Assembly: GCA_028865725.1 (NCBI GenBank)
Contig: JAGWJP010000004.1
Span: 5,567 to 69,566, forward strand
Length of the DNA: 64,000 nucleotides
Reading direction: 5' to 3'
Origin: Patescibacteria group bacterium
GTDB lineage: Bacteria; Patescibacteriota; Minisyncoccia; UBA6257; JACRHW01
Shown: positions 60,672 to 64,000 of the stretch, piece after piece
How the letters are laid out: every line of letters starts with the position of its first letter
How positions within the stretch are numbered: the first letter of the stretch is position 1
Translations under genes and position numbers: made by a program
The notes under the pieces: model-generated
Database searches by the model: none
What the model saw: the letters and a program-made list of their open reading frames with translations, nothing else
What the model was told of the DNA's origin: nothing

Positions 60672-61726
60672 AGAATTATGACGCATGGAACATAGAGCCG
60701 CTTCGTGATATGGGCGACAGGCATGCACTGTATCTGAATCTTATTCAATGGGCAATCTTGGCGCCCAATTCGCACAATGTACAACCTTGGCGGTTTGTGA
60801 TACGCGCGCGTGATCATGAAATTGTTCTCTACGTTGCGAAGGAGGGAATTCTTCCCGCATCAGATATAATAGGGAGACAAGCGCATATCAGTGTGGGGTG
60901 TGCACTCGAAAATCTTGCGCAAGCCGCAGCATATTATGGCATGACCATCGTTCCGCATATTACCCACACCGAGGACAAGGAGACGTGTGTGAGGATAGTA
61001 TGTTCCGATCCTTCCGCGCATGCTGAAGAGCACGATGGAGTATCGCTTGATTCTATGCGCCAGCGTCGCGTGAACCGCGGAAAATTCGATACGGCGCGCA
61101 ACCTTCCCGAGGCACTTATCCAATCTTTTCATACGTATGCACAAGCAGGCGGACTTATATTTGATAGCATCCGTGATATCCCTACGCGTCTTGCGATCGC
61201 GCAATTTCAGGAGCAAGCAGAAAAGTATGTTTTAGCGCATGATGCGTTTCGTAAGGAGTTGGGTAATTATTTTCTTCCTAACGCTACGGAGGAGGGGCGA
61301 GGAATGCCGGGAAATACATTTGGACTGGGAGATGAGACGTCTTTGCGTGTTCACCGCGCTTTACAACAGGAGGGACCGTTCGACCCCGATCTCGCAAACG
61401 GCATGGCGGTCTCAGCGCGTGATGCTATGAAACATTCCCCGCTTATCGGTATTATTAGTATAGAGGAAGATATGCCGTTCTATTGGATTCAAGCGGGAAG
61501 GGTATTGCAACGCAACCTTCTTGAAGCTGAGCGGTACGGAGCAAGTACTTCGATTCACGCAGCGTTGATAGAAGTAAATTTTTTTAATAAGTTATTACGA
61601 TTGCGTTTGAAGAGAAGCGCGCGTCCGACTGTGTTATTTAGAGCGGGATTTTGTACAGAAGAGAGACCTCATGCGCCACGGGCGCCCATAGAAGGGGTAG
61701 TTACCGTGGAGAAAGATCGTGTTTGA
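60668..61726 (+). CDS. Long nitroreductase-family (FMN-dependent, SagB/McbC-like length) protein
   Basis: LAPNSHNVQPWRFVI matches nitroreductase S..N.QPW.F.V signature; 352 aa (longer than classical NfsB-type); ATGA coupling to upstream gene. Confidence 0.6.
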   Translation: MKNYDAWNIEPLRDMGDRHALYLNLIQWAILAPNSHNVQPWRFVIRARDHEIVLYVAKEGILPASDIIGRQAHISVGCALENLAQAAAYYGMTIVPHITHTEDKETCVRIVCSDPSAHAEEHDGVSLDSMRQRRVNRGKFDTARNLPEALIQSFHTYAQAGGLIFDSIRDIPTRLAIAQFQEQAEKYVLAHDAFRKELGNYFLPNATEEGRGMPGNTFGLGDETSLRVHRALQQEGPFDPDLANGMAVSARDAMKHSPLIGIISIEEDMPFYWIQAGRVLQRNLLEAERYGASTSIHAALIEVNFFNKLLRLRLKRSARPTVLFRAGFCTEERPHAPRAPIEGVVTVEKDRV

Positions 61727-61727
61727 T

Positions 61728-62837
61728 ATGGCAAAGAAACTTATTTCGTCTCACCGGTCTACGCGTTTACGAAAGCTTGCACAAGCAATACCGTCTCCTC
61801 TTGCGACCTATCGCAAGGGAGACGTATTGTTTTATGTCTATCGTGCGAAAAATCTTTTTTCTCCTACTTGGGATCATCCCGTGCTCAAAAAGCTCGTCGC
61901 GGAAGCGAGGCGCGAATCGTATTACCGGTATGGAGATATTGCGGAATTTGATGCGTATGACAGCAAGGCCGTGGTGTACGTGGCGCGCGTTGTATATAAC
62001 GATGTGCGCGGAACCATAGCATACCCAGTAGAAGAATGGGCTACGATGCGTTTTGTCCCTCGGGATGGCGTGCCTCACGACATTGAAGATTTCAAGGAGT
62101 ATGAGTTGCATGGGCAACCAATGGGAAGCTCTGCACATAATTCTCTTTTTTCCGCGCATCAGTTGACTGCAGATAATGTGATTTCCGGATCACGTCTCTC
62201 GGGAATCCGTTCCTATTGTCTTCGGAAATATGATGAGCATGATTCAAAACATATTCCCCGTTTTTGCTATTTTAGAGAATGTTTCGTTTTGATGCATCAT
62301 GCATTTCTGAAGCTCAATGTTGCGCGCAATACATTTCGTTACCGTGTGGCACAGACCTCTCACGAGTTTATTGAGAGAGTTCTTACATTTACCGTACGTG
62401 GACAACGCATCGCGCTCACGTGTACGCCAGCGCATCGTATGCTTCATGTAGCGCCGCATGCGATACGATTACAAAGAAAGGGAATCGTATTTCAATATCC
62501 GGCCTATTTTTTGAACCAAAAGGAGCTTTATCTTCTTTTTTCTTCTCTGGTAAAAAAGAATCTGCTGACTTCGAATACGCTGCGCCATTATTTTTCCGCT
62601 TCGTGCACGCAAAATTCGTTTCTCACTCAGCATCAATTTACCTTTTTCCAAGCACGCCTCCTGGGGACATTATGCAGTGCGGAGGGGACTCTTTACGGCA
62701 CTCTACTTACCGGAGAGGAACTTCGCGTGTTGGTGCGCGACATAAGCGATGGGCCTTTTTTATCCATTACCCCCCTTGATACAGTGGAAAAAAATATTGA
62801 GTTATTTATGCGCGAAGAACATATTACGCGTATTTAA
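61728..62837 (+). CDS. Hypothetical protein, last gene of E1-like/nitroreductase operon
   Basis: ATG 1 nt after upstream stop; no recognisable motif. Confidence 0.4.
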   Translation: MAKKLISSHRSTRLRKLAQAIPSPLATYRKGDVLFYVYRAKNLFSPTWDHPVLKKLVAEARRESYYRYGDIAEFDAYDSKAVVYVARVVYNDVRGTIAYPVEEWATMRFVPRDGVPHDIEDFKEYELHGQPMGSSAHNSLFSAHQLTADNVISGSRLSGIRSYCLRKYDEHDSKHIPRFCYFRECFVLMHHAFLKLNVARNTFRYRVAQTSHEFIERVLTFTVRGQRIALTCTPAHRMLHVAPHAIRLQRKGIVFQYPAYFLNQKELYLLFSSLVKKNLLTSNTLRHYFSASCTQNSFLTQHQFTFFQARLLGTLCSAEGTLYGTLLTGEELRVLVRDISDGPFLSITPLDTVEKNIELFMREEHITRI

Positions 62838-62869
62838 TAGTCTGCTCTACAGTATGGTATGATGAAGCC

Positions 62870-64000
62870 ATGGTAATAATACAAAACATTTTTGCATTTA
62901 TTGTTGTAGCCTATTTGGGCATTTCCGTGTTGTTACGCGACCCCAAAAGCGCCACGCATCGGCTGTTTTTTCTCCTTGCTTTTCTTCAGGATGTCTATAT
63001 TGTAACGAACTATTTTTCGTTATATCCTCCTCTCCCGACTATTGCTGATCAACTGATATGGATTCGTTTAGTCATGCTGGTAGGCGCTTTTGTGGGTCCC
63101 ACCTTGTTTCTTCTTGCCATTACGTTTCCCCGAAATACGATACCGCTTCCTTTGTTGTATCGGGTAGGTATTGTGGTGCTCGCATGCGGTACGGCCTTTG
63201 CGACACTGATGCCGCTTGTGTTCTCGGCTCTCGTATTTGATCGTGGAATGCCCGTCCCTATTCCGGGTCCTTGGATCGGTCTTTATTTTCTCGACGTTCC
63301 CGGGCTTTTTATCGCGAGTTTCGTGGTTTTATTTTTAAAATATCGGCGGACGCGGGGAACGGAGAAGATCAAAAATCTTTATTTATTTTTAGGAATATCG
63401 ATAAGTTTTCTTCTTCTTATCGTGACTACGTTTATTGCGGTTGTGATGTTTCATCGTTCCGATTTGGTCGGGTGGGGGCCCTTTTTTCCCGTGCTTCTTG
63501 TCGGTACCATTGCGTACGCAGTCGTAAAACATCATTTTCTCGATATGCGGCCTTTTATTTTACGTTCTGCAACTTTTCTTCTTCTTATTATTATGCTGGC
63601 GCTTGTTGCGGGGATCTTGTTTCTGGGTATTGTGAATCATTTCGTTCCTATTGATCGCGTTACTTTTATTGTATTTTTGGTGGTAATGACTATTGTGGCG
63701 CTTGTGTTCCACCCCCTTACAGAATTGTTGGGCACATTTACGAATCGAATTTTTTTTAAGGGACAGTATAATACCGATCTTCTCCTTTCTCGACTGACGC
63801 GTATTATGGCAAGCACGATTGATTTTAATGTGCTGACTGCACAGATATTGAAAACATTGATCGAGGAATTGCGTGTCACTAAAGCCGCATTGCTTCTTGT
63901 CACAAATCACTCGATTACGGAAACAAGAGTAAAAGAATATGATACGCATATCTTTGAGAAAAAAGATTTTGAAGACATCGCGTTTCATCGTGGAGGTACT
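62870..64000 (+). CDS. Sensor protein N-terminus: 7TM (His_kinase-N7-like) domain plus GAF-like start; truncated by window end
   Basis: Seven hydrophobic helices; YAVVKHHFLDMRPFILRSATFLLLIIML resembles conserved helix of 7TM receptor-kinase N-domains; then LLSRLTRIMASTIDFNVLTAQILKTLIEEL GAF-like; no stop before 64000. Confidence 0.5.
   Translation, partial: MVIIQNIFAFIVVAYLGISVLLRDPKSATHRLFFLLAFLQDVYIVTNYFSLYPPLPTIADQLIWIRLVMLVGAFVGPTLFLLAITFPRNTIPLPLLYRVGIVVLACGTAFATLMPLVFSALVFDRGMPVPIPGPWIGLYFLDVPGLFIASFVVLFLKYRRTRGTEKIKNLYLFLGISISFLLLIVTTFIAVVMFHRSDLVGWGPFFPVLLVGTIAYAVVKHHFLDMRPFILRSATFLLLIIMLALVAGILFLGIVNHFVPIDRVTFIVFLVVMTIVALVFHPLTELLGTFTNRIFFKGQYNTDLLLSRLTRIMASTIDFNVLTAQILKTLIEELRVTKAALLLVTNHSITETRVKEYDTHIFEKKDFEDIAFHRGGT

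Noticed and set aside
59526-62837. Calling the operon a bona fide TOMM/thiazole-oxazole peptide cluster
   Set aside because: No YcaO cyclodehydratase and no candidate precursor peptide could be identified; retained only as a hypothesis in findings

Overview
This 64-kb window is a gene-dense bacterial chromosomal segment dominated by housekeeping genes, mostly on the + strand. I found no rRNA, CRISPR array, transposase or integrase. The style suggests a small-genome, CPR/Patescibacteria-like bacterium, but that is inference from gene content only.

Identified with good support:
- an endonuclease III gene (nth) at the left edge;
- the complete heat-shock regulon: hrcA-grpE-dnaK-dnaJ and groES-groEL, each preceded by a perfect CIRCE inverted repeat (TTAGCACTC-N9-GAGTGCTAA);
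- rmuC, dnaG, rpoD, a short comEC, scpA/scpB, a D-Ala-D-Ala carboxypeptidase, mraY, serS, alr, rnr (RNase R), purA, lexA and a 2-hydroxyacid dehydrogenase;
- one tRNA-Gln(UUG).

Accessory-looking content:
- a four-gene cell-surface protein cluster (1279-5522) with Fn3-like repeats, a peptidoglycan-binding domain and a WxL-cluster-like layout;
- a GT39/PMT-like membrane glycosyltransferase;
- an orphan VirD4/TraD-like coupling ATPase;
- the tRNA-Gln, which sits inside a perfect 21-bp inverted repeat and is followed by a degraded partial copy of its own 3' two-thirds, next to a small island of unannotatable ORFs;
- a TspO protein with an extra Cys-rich C-terminal domain;
- a 959-aa secreted lipase-like protein ending in a dockerin-like repeat pair;
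- the lexA locus, with palindromic candidate operators overlapping a TATAAT -10 and flanking small zinc-ribbon proteins.

The most novel-looking unit is a tightly coupled four-gene operon (58556-62837): 2-hydroxyacid dehydrogenase, then an E1/ThiF-like protein with a degenerate Gly-loop and an N-terminal extension, then a long nitroreductase-family protein, then an unknown 369-aa protein. A partial 7TM-GAF sensor follows. This resembles a peptide-modification (RiPP/TOMM- or MccB-like) module, but I found no YcaO gene and no precursor peptide.

All coordinates and domain calls are from manual reading of the six-frame translations. No database searches were run.
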